From assembly GCA_013239625.1 (NCBI GenBank), contig MU054187.1, forward strand, positions 20,242,897 through 20,306,896: DNA of 64,000 nucleotides, given 5' to 3'. The notes beneath the pieces were generated by a model. The model saw only the letters and a list, made by a program, of their open reading frames with translations. It was not told the DNA's origin and made no database searches. Origin of the DNA: Lama guanicoe. Lineage: Eukaryota. Made by a program: the position numbers and the translations under genes. Below are positions 25,509-37,540 of the stretch, in pieces. The stretch's first letter is position 1. Each line of letters opens with the position of its first letter.

Positions 25509-26473
25509 TCTCCTATAGCCCATCTCCGACAGGATGAGGGAGATACGTATATTTGACGTCAAGTGTCATTAAAAAGCAGAGATACTGTTGAGAAATAAAA
25601 AAATCTCTGTATTTAAACCTTCCTCTTCAAACTTTACTTTAGACTTTGTATTTATCCAAATATGACCCACTTCCCTTTTAGTCCCTGTAGAAGAGTAAGT
25701 ATAATAATCAGAACTTTTTGCTCTCCCTTCTCCATGTACTTCTAGGTCTATAGGCATTACTGACTTTATTGCTGTTGAAAAAAATTACATAAAACAAGGC
25801 AGAGTTATTGAGAATTTTCCTCTAGCCTTGTTTTATAGAGACTTATTTTTCATCTCAGCTTATTAAATTGTCACTTTGAGACGGAAATAATTGTCAGCGT
25901 CTATCAACAGTGCAAAGAACAAAGCAGTGTCACATTGGCTGTCTAGTTTTCTCTGGGCTGTATCTCACATCAGTCATTGAGCTTTCCTTTCGCTCTTTCA
26001 TATCTGAGATTCTGTACCTAAGCTTATCTCTATCATCCCTGAATTATCATTTGTTGCCTTAATTTAGAATCCTGGCATGTCTTTATTCCTTTTTCTTGTT
26101 TTAAGTATTTAATGGTATTTAGACAGCCTGCCCATAGAATGCCAGGGTGAAACAATTAGTTAACATACATGCTAAACTTGTTATATTTGTATTCTAAGTT
26201 TGTTATATAAGTATGCTGCTACAGAGATAAAAATATTAGACAATATTTACTGGTAGCACGGGGGCAGTTACAAAGCACTCATAAGAAACCTAACAACATC
26301 ATCCATCACCATCAAAGTCACTTGTCCATTCAGTAAAATGCAAATCTCTAAGGCAGTTTCTACCTGATAAAACTCCCTCTTGAGAATACAGCTGAAGTGC
26401 CAGTGCTTCATTATAGCTTCTAACTCCAGGATGGTCCAGTGAGCGGATAAGTGTTTCACTGTGTCATCTTTTT

Positions 26474-26671
26474 TTTAAGCATTTTTTATTGATTTATAAT
26501 CATTTTACAATGTTGTGTCAAATTCCAGTGTTCAGCACAATTTTTCAGTCATACATGGACATATACACATTCATTGTCACATTTTTTTCTCTGTGAGCTA
26601 CCATAAGATTTTGTGTATATTTCCCTGTGCTATACAGTGTAATCTTGTTTATCTGTTCTGCAATTTTGAAA
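26474..26671 (-). mobile_element. Young 5'-truncated L1 3' end (camelid-type)
   Basis: L1 3'UTR-like sequence flanked by a perfect 18-bp direct repeat TCACTGTGTCATCTTTTT (26456-26473 and 26672-26689). Confidence 0.9.
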
Positions 26672-27479
26672 TCACTGTGTCATCTTTTTAACATGAGACT
26701 CACCAAAACATTGAGGACTTATGAAGGTGTGAGCTCAAAGTGTGTTATAAGACAGAGTGTGACATTTAACTTCTTTATGAGAACTTATATAAATACACAT
26801 ATATAAATAATTTGAAATGTAAATATCTAACATATGTATGTATATACTTAGCCTTATAGAAATGCTAATGACCATCACCCTTTGAATTTTCTGTCGCCAA
26901 TATGATGGTGTTCAGCCTCACTCGGAGTTTATTACCTGCTTCCATTTGCTTGCCCAAATTCTCAAATTCTTAGAAAAACTAGCCTTTTATCTGAATATAC
27001 AGTACATATTTCAGACTGTAGGCCATAACTGGATCAAGGTTTAGGGCCATCACTAGTGACATGAAGAAAGATTTGGCTCAAGATAATTAGCTATAACTCA
27101 CAAAAGTTTACTATCTTTTTGTTGATTTCATGTTTGCATTAAGCAAATACAGGTGAGAATTTCATGAAACAGTGTCACAATAAAGCTTATATTTATAGCT
27201 CTTTATTCATTGCAATCATCTTTTATTTTTTGAATTTTGGTCAGCTGTAGCTCACTAAATAAAGGCAATAACTTATCAAGAATGAACTGATTGTTGAAGT
27301 TTTTGTTGACTTTCAAGAAAATTAATCACTAAGTTTCAACTGGACTCCTAGATGAAGATAACATTGCTTGCCTATTAATTCTAAACACAATAGAATCTGA
27401 TATCAAAAAAAAGTGGAAAAGGTAAAAGTCTAAGAAACACAAACATTAAGGAAGGAATCCAAGGAAGCAGATTTGGTGA

Positions 27480-27745
27480 TGGAGATTTAGAAATGACTGA
27501 GAGAGAAGAAAAATCACAGAAGGGAGTAACATATATGGCAAAAAGTGAGAAATGGTGAAATGATGACAGTACTTGAAATGTATCAGCCGCAGCAGCTGGC
27601 ACAAGTAAACGAAGGATTAGAACATGTCCTTTGGGTTGATAACTGAGAGATCATTGTTAATGAGAGTTCACGGTGTTAACTTTAGGTAGAAAAAGTTAGG
27701 AGCACAGGTTTGATTGTAGAGGTGAGACAGGTTGAGGTGAACAGC
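27480..27745 (-). mobile_element. L2 internal fragment (degenerate)
   Basis: GAAGGATTAGAACATGTCCTTTGGGTTGATAACTGAGAGATCATTGTTAA is like antisense L2 ORF2. Confidence 0.45.
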
Positions 27746-28474
27746 TTCCCAGACTACACGTGATGTAGAGTTTCCTATTGTCCAGTCACCCGTCTATAAA
27801 CTAGAGATACTTACAGGTGTCCTGCTACATCGTGAGGCTCCTCCATCTGGCAGCACCTCCAAAGTCAGTAAAATTAAACAGTTCTGGTGGGCAGCCTATT
27901 TCTTCTCTTCCTTTGCAATCTCAGCGTCTAGTTTGTATCCCCAAAATGGATACAAGACATGATGAATAGACATAGTTTACAGGCATTCTAAGTCTTAGAT
28001 CTTACTTCATTGCCAGCTAGTTTTAGGGTAAAGCCCTGTACAACTGGAGAAAGTTTAAGAATCCTAGTTAGGATTTCAGAATTCCTACTCCATACAACCC
28101 CACAGGAAAGAAGCCTGGATTTGGGGCAAGGCGATAGGCCTTCAGCGAGTCTAGGCGTGTTAAACAGCCAAACCTAATACCATAAGCTGGAATGGCAATA
28201 GTTGCGTGGAAGGAAGAGGACAGGGAATGAGGGAACACAGACTTTGCAGTCTGATAGACACCAGGTTTACTGTTTTATATTGTGGCAGCTCCAAGATTTT
28301 TATATCGGAGTTAATTATGTTAGGTGTCTTGATTGCCAGTGGAATAATATCAAGAATATTACAGCAACCCCAGTGTTTTCACATAGAATAAGCTTAATTT
28401 TCTTCTTGAAAAGATGCTAAAAGATATAATATGCATAAGCAATCAAATGCACATGAAATCACATCTGGATTATA

Positions 28475-28526
28475 TTGTTGATTCTTATTCTGCTGTTTAT
28501 GTTGTTGATTCTTACTCTGCTATTTA
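28475..28526. repeat. 27-bp tandem duplication
   Basis: TTGTTGATTCTTATTCTGCTGTTTATG followed by TTGTTGATTCTTACTCTGCTATTTA. Confidence 0.85.
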
Positions 28527-31500
28527 GAATGTAAAGTCTGAAAAGATTTCTGATGCCTGGACTTGTGACCAGTTAGTTGGGGTGCAATTTATTTTTTGTT
28601 AAATTCTGAATATCCAGAGGAAAAAATTGGCAAAATTGGATGATGAATCAGAAAATAAAAATTGATAAAATGTATTGTGAAATCAAACATGTAGGGAAAG
28701 TAAAAAGTATGAAATTATTTAATCTGAATATACATATATATAAAGGGTTCTTATTATGAGTAATTGACCAGCTCTTGTAACAAAGGGGTGAATTTAGACT
28801 GCAGATTAAAATGCAAGGGAAGTCGGAAATGCTGTTACTCTAGTGCCTTAAAGATCAAACCCCCGTATATCCATATTTGGTACTTAAATGTGGTCTTACC
28901 TGAATAGTGACATAACCTGTAGACAGGTTATCTCTTTCACTTGGAGGTCTTAGGATGCAGTTGATGGGACACACAATATGACAGAAATTTGAAAGGAGTG
29001 AAGACTGTTGACTGAGAGACACATATATAGGCCTGTATGGATGAAGTTTTAGAAAAGAAAGTGGTTCTTTAATACTGAAAAACCACTAAAAGAAATTTTA
29101 CAACCTCACTGCCATTAAACTTGTCTAACTGATGTAAATATGTGATGACAGCAGGGTTCAGAACATGTTACAAAGAAAAGAAGAAACTGTCTGACAAGCA
29201 AAATTAATGTTTTTGATTATTAAACCAAATTGGAGTTCATTAAAATTAAAAAAGAAAGAAAGAGAGAAAAAAAAAGAAAATTCAGTCTGGGAAGCTTTGC
29301 TTACCCATGGATATCTTTTTAAATGGATGCAGTTAATTGGAATTAATTAAAGTTTTCTTCCTGTTTCTTAGTAATGTAATATGAAGTATATCCCAAGTTT
29401 CCTGTGGGGAGCTGATTAATATCTTCCCGTGTATGGTAATATACAGAGTAGATGCTCAAATGACTTTTAGACTTTATTCATACTGACAGAGGAAGAGAAA
29501 TTAAATGGGTTAAGGAAAGTGGGAAGTGGGGCGTAGAAAAGTAATTTTATATGTGTAGAAGTTCAATATAGATTAAAAAGAACATATTTATGAGTAGTAG
29601 CTTAGAGTAAAAGAAAATTCCATCGCTAGTCTAGTTTTCTGTCTTTGGAAAATTGAACCGTGTATTGGAAATGCTACAGAAAGTTTCCTAGAGACAACTC
29701 GTTTTGGGTTGAGCCAAAGTAGGGAAAAATAAATGGAGTAAGTGGGGATAGAGTATCAAAAGGAAGAAAAAACAAAGGACTGAATATCTCAATTAATATT
29801 TTTCCCCAGGGAGTTTGATAATTTGGTTTAAAATTTTATGATATCAGTTATTCCAAATGATGACGAGATCCAGCATGTTCTCATGGAAATAAATGCCTGA
29901 CGAGGTATAAAGACAGGTAATTAAAGTGAAGATGTTAGGTAGAACTATAATGCTAAGGTGCTGGATATGTGACCCAAATAGTTGTTTGAAGTCACTCAGA
30001 ATGGTGGCAGAACTCAAGTCTAGAACAACAACAAAAAGAAGCCACCGTCTTTCCAGGGTGTGGGGATGAAAAAAAGGCAGAGTTAGAAGCTAACTTGCTT
30101 GAGTACCACTGGATCTCAATTTTTTTCCTTATTTAAGGTGGAAGTACAGTGGTCTAGAATAGGCAACAGAAATTGGGGAGAATTTTGATGAACTCTCAGT
30201 CAAAGTACACATGCAAAATGCAAAAGTGGACAGTCTCAATTGGCCCCAGAAAGTGTGGTTCTAGAGAGGAGAGAAGTAAGTCACATTTTACTTAATCCTG
30301 GGAAAGTAAACAGAAAAGTATTTTAATAAGTTAAGAGAGGAGGTGGAGAGGTTGTTGTCAACATATACCTTAAAAAGTGTTTCCAGAAAATGATGAAAAA
30401 GTCTGATAAGATACCGGTAGCCATCAGCTGGGGCCGGAAAGATGACTTGACTTTGCAGATAGAAGTTCATAGAAGTTCTGCTCCCAAAAGTCAGTTTTGC
30501 ACTTTTAAAAACATTTCTTAAAAAAAAACAAAAAAGAATAGCTATAGGACAATTTTAAAACTTCAAAAACTGACTCATGTATATAAATAATTTAAAAGTT
30601 GGAAAGAAAATCCCTAAAAGGGTAGTTAGACAAAACGGGAGCCTTGCCCTCTGAGCTTTGCTTGTTTGGTGCAGAACTGAAGGAGAAAGTTAAATCACAG
30701 ATTTCTTTTGTCTAAGATTCCATCTGGATGCATGCCCAGGAAATAATGTCATGTTAAGGTGCTGTATTGCAACGATTGGAATTAATACCCCAATGGACTG
30801 ATCGGATGGAGTTATTTTCAAGTGTGAGAAGAAGAATATGATGAGGAGATATGCCACCTCTTCAAAATTATGCCAAATTGTTCATCTAAAATTTAAATTA
30901 AGATGACCCCAAATAACAATTATCCAAACAATTTACTGTTGCTGTAGAGAACAAAAAAGAACTATATCCTGATTTTCATACACGGCTCAAGGAGAAAGTT
31001 AAGTGTCAATTTCAAGTATTTTAATATAACCATGTAGCCTTTGGAGACAATTTTCTAGTAGACATCTTTATTTTAGAATTAGAAAGCAGTGAATAGAAAT
31101 GTGCAGTATTAACCTTGAATGAGATTTATGCAATAAAAGATCTTTCTATTCTCCACAATGTGTTCAACTGTTTTTTTGTAGACAGATTTGTACGTATAAA
31201 TAGGAAAGTTTAATTCTTTAGCACACAAAAAAGCAGCTGTATTAAAAAGAATAGCAATCTAACGAGTTCACTGTACAGCATGAACACGAGAAATTCTTAT
31301 GTTCTGACATTCATCTTTGGAATCTGAAGCTACACAGACATTGCATTGAATAGAATCAAATATGAAAAAGCATATTCTCCAGGATCAGAGGTCTAGATGG
31401 AATGGTAGAATTGGATTTACTTTGTTGCCCTTTCCCCCACCCAAAACAGTAAAACTATTTTTTTAAAGAGTGTATTTCTTTAAGGGAAAGAGAGAATAGT

Positions 31501-32344
31501 ATTTGTATGATTAAATAGCAAAGTATTTAGAGCTTGCCAGACCCGTTCAAATGGAAAAAAAACACACTAAAAAAATCCCTACCAACTTCCATATTTCATA
31601 ATTTCAGAGACAAACAATAAGCAATGAATCTGACAAAACTCCAGCCCTCTATTTGGATATACATCATGAATGACAGTTTAAGAAAATTGATTTAAGCTTC
31701 TCACCGACTCTATGACAAATAGGTGAATTCCTTGAATAATTTCATTTATTTACCATACCGTTTTTAGGCTTCCAATTATTAAAATTGCACAGATAAGAGG
31801 AAAAGTGAGGAATAACAAGTCACTGCACCAGCTGTGCTGGGCTATTTAGGCTTATGCTGCTTGAATATTAAATTATCCAGAAGGTGAAACTGTGTAATAA
31901 ACATGAAATGTATGTTCTCTCCAAGACTCAAACAGTTCTCAGAACTAATAATGGTATTTGTGTACATCTCTGTGGTTATGAACAAATCATTTCCTGGTGC
32001 AGAGAACACATATGCAGAGCCATCCTTCACTGGATGTGTAGAACAAAAATGCTTGCTGGAGAACCAGAGTCTCACAAAGCTTTTACTAGGCACTGTAAAT
32101 TAAGAAGCCTTTGGCTGTTGCTTTGAATCTTAACGATCATCAGGGTGTCAGTTTGCTTAATATAAGGAAGTTATAAATTGTTTTATGCTCTGATTAAATA
32201 ATTGTTTTGGAAGATAGTGTGATGACTGCCAATGTGCTAAATAGGAATCTGAAGACTACAACAAGTGAAAACATCTTCCAAAAATGTCTAATTTATAGCA
32301 AGGGAGTAGTTTAGGCACAGGAAGGGTAACTGCAATTATAAAAA

Positions 32345-32592
32345 GGAAAGGGGGTAGGAAGGGATAAATTGGGAGATTAAAAAATATATTAACTATGAAA
32401 TAGATAAAAAAACAAATTTCTTCTGTATAACACAGGTAACTATATTCAATATCTTGTAATAATCTATAATGAAAAAGAATATGAAAATGAATATATGTAT
32501 GCATATGTATGACTGAAATATTATGCTGTGCGCCAGAAATTGACATATTGTAACTGACTTCAATTTAAAAAAAAGAAAGAAAGAAAGAAAAA
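32345..32592 (+). mobile_element. L1 3' end (camelid-type) with (GAAA)n tail
   Basis: GGGATAAATTGGGAG...AACTATATTCAATATCTTGTAATAA...GAAAAAGAATATGAAAATGAATATATG...ATTGTAACTGACTTCAAT, then A-tail. Confidence 0.9.
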
Positions 32593-32771
32593 GGCAATAG
32601 TGAAACTTCATTATGCAACTAACTCTTAACTGGGCGGAGGCTGCTTCAGTAGGAGACCAGTAGAGGTAAATGCTTCTCTCTAATCTAGTTGAAGGGCTGA
32701 TAAAATAACAATTGGTGAAATTCTTCTGGAGTTTCCTCAGGTGGATCCTGAGAACAAAGAATGTTAAGAAA

Positions 32772-32925
32772 CAGAGGGAGGATGGGAAAAGGAGAAGGAG
32801 GCGGGGAAGAAAAAGAAAATGAAGAAGAATCTGAATAGAACAGAGAAGGAGAAAGAAGAAGGTGAGGAGGAAGATGATCAGAAAGAGGAGGAGGAGGGAA
32901 GGGAGGCAGGGAGGGAGAGGAGGGG
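32772..32925. repeat. GA-rich polypurine low-complexity tract
   Basis: About 150 bp almost entirely A/G on the + strand. Confidence 0.85.
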
Positions 32926-33069
32926 TCCTTTACTTACCCTGAGTTAATTTTAGATCCACCAAGAGATTTCACCATGATGAAAGTTGGGGAGCAGTAGGTA
33001 GAATGTTGGTAAGTGTCATGTCCTTAGCTTGGAGCAATCCTCTCATGGGACCCTTGGATCACAGCGACT

Positions 33070-33315
33070 TCACTCTTTTACCTTGGTTAATTCCTGCATA
33101 GTCTATAAACATCAGCACAGAAGTATCTTTTTCTGGAAATAACTTCCTCAAAGACAGGATAGATTATCTTATTATACTCTTATTTTCAGTGCCGCCACTA
33201 GATTTGATTTCTATAAGGAAAGGAATTGTGTGATTTTCAATGTTACGTTTCCCAGAAATTTTATACATTTCCTGGATCATGCCATTTATTCATAAATGCC
33301 ATTAGAATAAATGGT
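33070..33315 (+). mobile_element. L2 3' fragment
   Basis: CCTTGGTTAATTCCTGC...CCACTAGATTTG...AAGGAAAGGAATTGTGTG...GAATAAATG. Confidence 0.55.
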
Positions 33316-33429
33316 AATTAAAGAGTCTCAGAAAATCCTAAGTGTTCTTGTAGGTCATTTGTTTTCCTGTGGCTTTAGTTGAACCATAGTCTTTTCTAGA
33401 CTTCTTTTTTTTTCATTTAAAATTGCATA

Positions 33430-34055
33430 ATAAATTTTTAATTTTAGAATAGTTTTAGATTTACAGAAAAGTTGGGAAGATATTATGAGAAGATCTTTAT
33501 ACCACAATCTAATTGTAACAAATATTAATATCTTAACTTAGTATGGTACATTTGTCACAAGTAATTGATTTTGATACATTATTGTTAACTAAATGACATA
33601 CATTGCTTAGATTCCCTTAAATTTTACATTATGTCATTTATCTATTTCAAAATTTCATTTGGATACTGCATTATACTTAGTCATTGTGTCTTCTCAGACT
33701 CCCATGTAGGCTGTGATAATGGCTCAGACTTCCCTTGTTTTTGATGACTTTGACAGTTTTAAAGAGCACTGGTCAGGTGCTGTCTATAACGCCCATGGTT
33801 TGTAGCTTGTCTGATGTTTTTCTCATAGGTAAACTGAGGTTATGTGCTTTGGGGAGGAAGGTTGTAGAGATAGAGTGCCATTTTCATCGTATCTTATCAA
33901 AGGTGTACTCTATGAACATGACATCACTGCTGAGGTTGACCTTGATCACCTGGCTGAAGTGGGTTTGTCATGTTTCTCCACTGTAATGTCACCGCTCCCA
34001 TCTCCATACTGTATCAGGAAGGAATTCACTAAGTGCAGTCCTTACTTAAGGAGGT
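33430..34055 (-). mobile_element. L1MC3-like 3'UTR
   Basis: TTTTAGAATAGTTTTAGATTTACAGAAAAGTTG...GACTTCCCTTGTTTTTGATGACTTTGACAGTTTT...CCTTGATCACCTGGCTGAAGT. Confidence 0.85.
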
Positions 34056-34079
34056 TGTTTTTGTTTCAGACTTTGGGGG

Positions 34080-35310
34080 GATTTCAACTTGTGAGCCTAT
34101 TGAAGAGATTCTTCATTTATGTTATTATGGTTTTGATTTCTAGCATTTTGCTTTTGTCTCTTTCTTTGAATTTTCAACTCTCAGTTTACTTTACCCAACT
34201 GTTATTGCATGTCATTGAATTTAAAATCCCTGTCTATAATTCCAGCATCTCTGTCAAATCTCAGACTGAATCTGATGATTATTTTGTCTCTGTGCATGCC
34301 TTGTACTATTTTTTTCTGAAAGCTCAACATGTTGAATTGAGTAATAGAAACTCAGGTAAATAATGACTTAGTGTGAAGATATATTTTAATCTTCACACTA
34401 AGTAAAAATTGTGCTGTGTTTTTCTTCTAGCTATAGATATAAGTCTTTCCATTCCTCTCATGTGTTCCTTTTGTTTTCCTCTTGAATCTATGCCTTGCAA
34501 GTCTTTTATTTATAATCCACTACTATTATCCTGGAAACCTCTTGATGTGGTAGTAAGATACGTGAGAGAGTCAGCATTCTACATTCTTTTAGTGGACATG
34601 TCTCAGGGTTGTGACCTTCTTAAATGTTTCCCCTTGATTATACTCCCCCCCCAACTCCTTCTTTACCTGGCTACAGCACCTGCAGTCTTTTTCTCTGTGG
34701 TCCTGACTTCTGTTGACTATGTTTTGTGTTTTGTTTGTCCTGTTAGGTTTCACAAGGAGATTGGAGGGAACTGGAATGAGGGATAGTGCCTTCTTCCAGT
34801 TGGGTTACACTTTTAGAATTGCACCCTGTCAAAGTTCTTTCCCCTGGATAACAGACCTTCCTTATGTTGAAGTCTCTAGTCTTACTTCACAGAGGTTACA
34901 TCCCCCGTCCCCTCACCAGAGCTATGCCGGAATCTTTTTCAGATCTTCACAATGGGAACCTAGTGGAATTACTGAAGGAAAAGCCCATAAAATGGAGAAT
35001 ATCTGCCTAAGATTATAGTCCTGTGGAGGCTGTCAGTCTCACAATACTCTATACTCAGCCTCCAACAATTCTTCAAAATCTCCATTCAGTTGTCACCAGC
35101 CCATGGTTCCAGCGGCTACTTCTCCACATAGGCAGATCTCTGATGTTGTATCTCTCTGGATGCTCCCACCTCTCCAGAACTCAGGGCGTCATCTGCCCTG
35201 TGAATTCTGTCTTTTGACAGGTGCGATAATCATTGATTTTCAGTTTGTCCATTTTTTTTTCATAAGGACAGCTTCCAAGCCTTTTACATGTTAGAGTTGA
35301 AACTGGAAAT
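34080..35310 (-). mobile_element. Old L1 5' region (L1M4/L1MC-type 5'UTR and ORF1 start)
   Basis: TTTGATTTCTAGCATTT...ATAATTCCAGCATCTCTGTC...TTCCAAGCCTTTTACATG...AAACTGGAA. Confidence 0.6.
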
Positions 35311-36334
35311 ACCCTAGATTTATTTTTAGAAGAAGAAAAACTCTCACTTTTTTTCATGAGTAATACCTCATTCATGTATGTAATTATAGAGGCCAACCCT
35401 GTCTTTATGAACAATAACTGATTTTCAGCTAATAGACACAGGGCTGTTATAGGCGATGCCAGGTTATCCACGGATAGAAAGTGGCCGAAGATGGGGCAAA
35501 GATTTAGCACCTTCTATATTTGAAATAAAGTACCGAGCCCATTATAATTTTCTTCTGGTACTAGGAGTTCACAGGGTGAAGACATTTTCCCAACTCCATC
35601 AAAAAGTTTCTCATTTGATCTTTCCTTTTATCTTCTCTTTGATGTCAGAATGAACTGTCTTGCTACTCATGAGAGAATTTCATAGACGGGCTGAGGAATA
35701 AGAAATGAACAACCTTCCATGCTTTCTGGAAATGGTTCTTCAATGACAACTAATGTGAAAAGTATGCCTAAAAAAAAGTTAGAATTCTTCCTTTCCCCAC
35801 ATTCTACCTCACCAATTAAATATTGTTTATTTAGCTAACCTCAATTCAGGTATGATCGTAATCAAAGACCAACATTGAATGTATTAATGTGCTTTGTGTG
35901 GAATGCAGTGACTTTCTCTTACTAATAATAGATAAAATTGATAGCATGTCTATGTTAATACTATGAAATTTTGAGTTAGGAAAGTGAATAAGGTATAACT
36001 GCATGAAAAGGTAAATATAAAGGCAAAATAATTTGTTTATAAGTGAGTCAAAATTCGGTAAAAATATGTAGTATGCTCCCATATCCTGAAGACTAGTTTG
36101 TTGTTGAAATAATTATCTTGAAAGCTAGGTTATTATACTTTAGAGCATAAGGTGTTAGGATGCATAGATTTTTCATACTGATTGTTATTATTTGTACATG
36201 TCCACACCAAACTAGATTCAATATTTACAGACCCTTTATCAACTGTTGCACATGTGAAGATTCTGATCATTCTTCTACTGTTTGTCACCAATTATACCTC
36301 CAAAGAGCAATACAACAAATAGTGAACTTTTTCA

Positions 36335-36570
36335 CATTTAATATGTGCTCTATTAATTTTTCATACATATAGTTTCAGTTTCATCTCATAATAGTCCTGT
36401 GAGGGAAGTAATAATATTTTCACTGTTTTCCAGATGGGAAAAATGAAACTTGGGTTTCACACATGTCAAAGTCAACCCATCTAATAAGAAATGAAGTATA
36501 ATCATATTTAATAAAGGCATGATTGACATCCATGTCCTCATCTTCTCAGAATTCCAAACTAAGGCCAAAT
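36335..36570 (-). mobile_element. MIR SINE
   Basis: CTCATAATAGTCCTGTGAGGGAAG...TTTTCCAGATGGGAAAAATGAA. Confidence 0.65.
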
Positions 36571-36629
36571 GCCAGTAATGTCAGTGCAGGAAACGACATT
36601 AACTCATCTACATAAAGAAAAATAGTGTC

Positions 36630-37540
36630 CCTCATTGTATATCATCAGGGAAATGCAAGTTAAAACAACAGTGAGAAACCACCACACACATGTTTGAATG
36701 GTCCAAATCTGGACCATGGACAGCACGAAATGCTGCCACAGATGTGGAGCAACAGGAACCCTCATCAGCTACTAGTGGGAATGCAGATGGTACAGGCACT
36801 TTGGAAGACAGTTTGGTGGTTTCTTACAAAACAAAATATACTCTTACTATACAATCCATCAATCACTCCCTTTGGTATTTATCCAAAGGAACTGAAAACT
36901 TAACATCCACCCAGAAATTTGCACAAGAATGTTTATAGCAGCTTTCTACATAATTAGAAAAAGTTTGGAAGCAACCAAAGTGTCCTTCAAAAAGTGAGTG
37001 GATAAAGAAGCTATATCTCCAAACAATGGAATATTACTCAGTGTTAAAAATCGTTGAGACAAGCTAGCAAGCCATGAAGAGACATGAAGGAAACTTAAAT
37101 GCATATTACTAAGTGAAATAAACTCATATGAAAAGAATACATACTGTATGATTCTAATGAGATGACACTCTGGAAAGGGCAAAACTTTGGAGACAGTAAA
37201 AAGATCAGTGACCAAGAGCGGAGGGGTAGGAACAGAGCACAGAGGATTTTTAGGGTGGGGAAATATGCTGTATGACACTATAATGAAGGTTACATGTTAT
37301 AATATATTTGTCCAAACATATAGAACAGCAGTGTAAATTACAGACTTCTAGTGGTAACAACATGTCAAAGTAGGTTATCAACGCTAACAAACGCAGCACT
37401 CTGGTAGGGGATGTTGATAATGGTGGAAGTGGTGCTCATGTACGGGCAGGGGGATGTGGGAAAACTCTGTATTCTTCTCAGTTTTGCTATGAACTTAAAA
37501 CTGCTCCATAAGTTTGTCTTAAAAAAGAAAACGAAAAAAA
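36630..37540 (+). mobile_element. L1MC1/2-like 3' end with A-tail
   Basis: GATGTGGAGCAACAGGAAC...CACTTTGGAAGACAGTTTGG...GAGCACAGAGGATTTTTAGGG...TTTTGCTATGAACTTAAAACTGCTC. Confidence 0.9.

Noticed and set aside
28620..29070. Possible L3/CR1 remnant
   Set aside because: The resemblance is too faint to call without a profile search.
31842..32126. Three overlapping ORFs
   Set aside because: All are under 85 aa, with no recognisable homology or convincing splice sites.
33842..34363. Longest ORF (173 aa) as a gene
   Set aside because: It is antisense to decayed L1 sequence, T-rich, and resembles no protein I recognise.
36690..37278. ORFs resembling database 'hypothetical proteins'
   Set aside because: They are translations of the L1MC 3' end (e.g. 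MWSNRNPHQLLVGMQMVQALWK, an ORF2 C-terminal relic).
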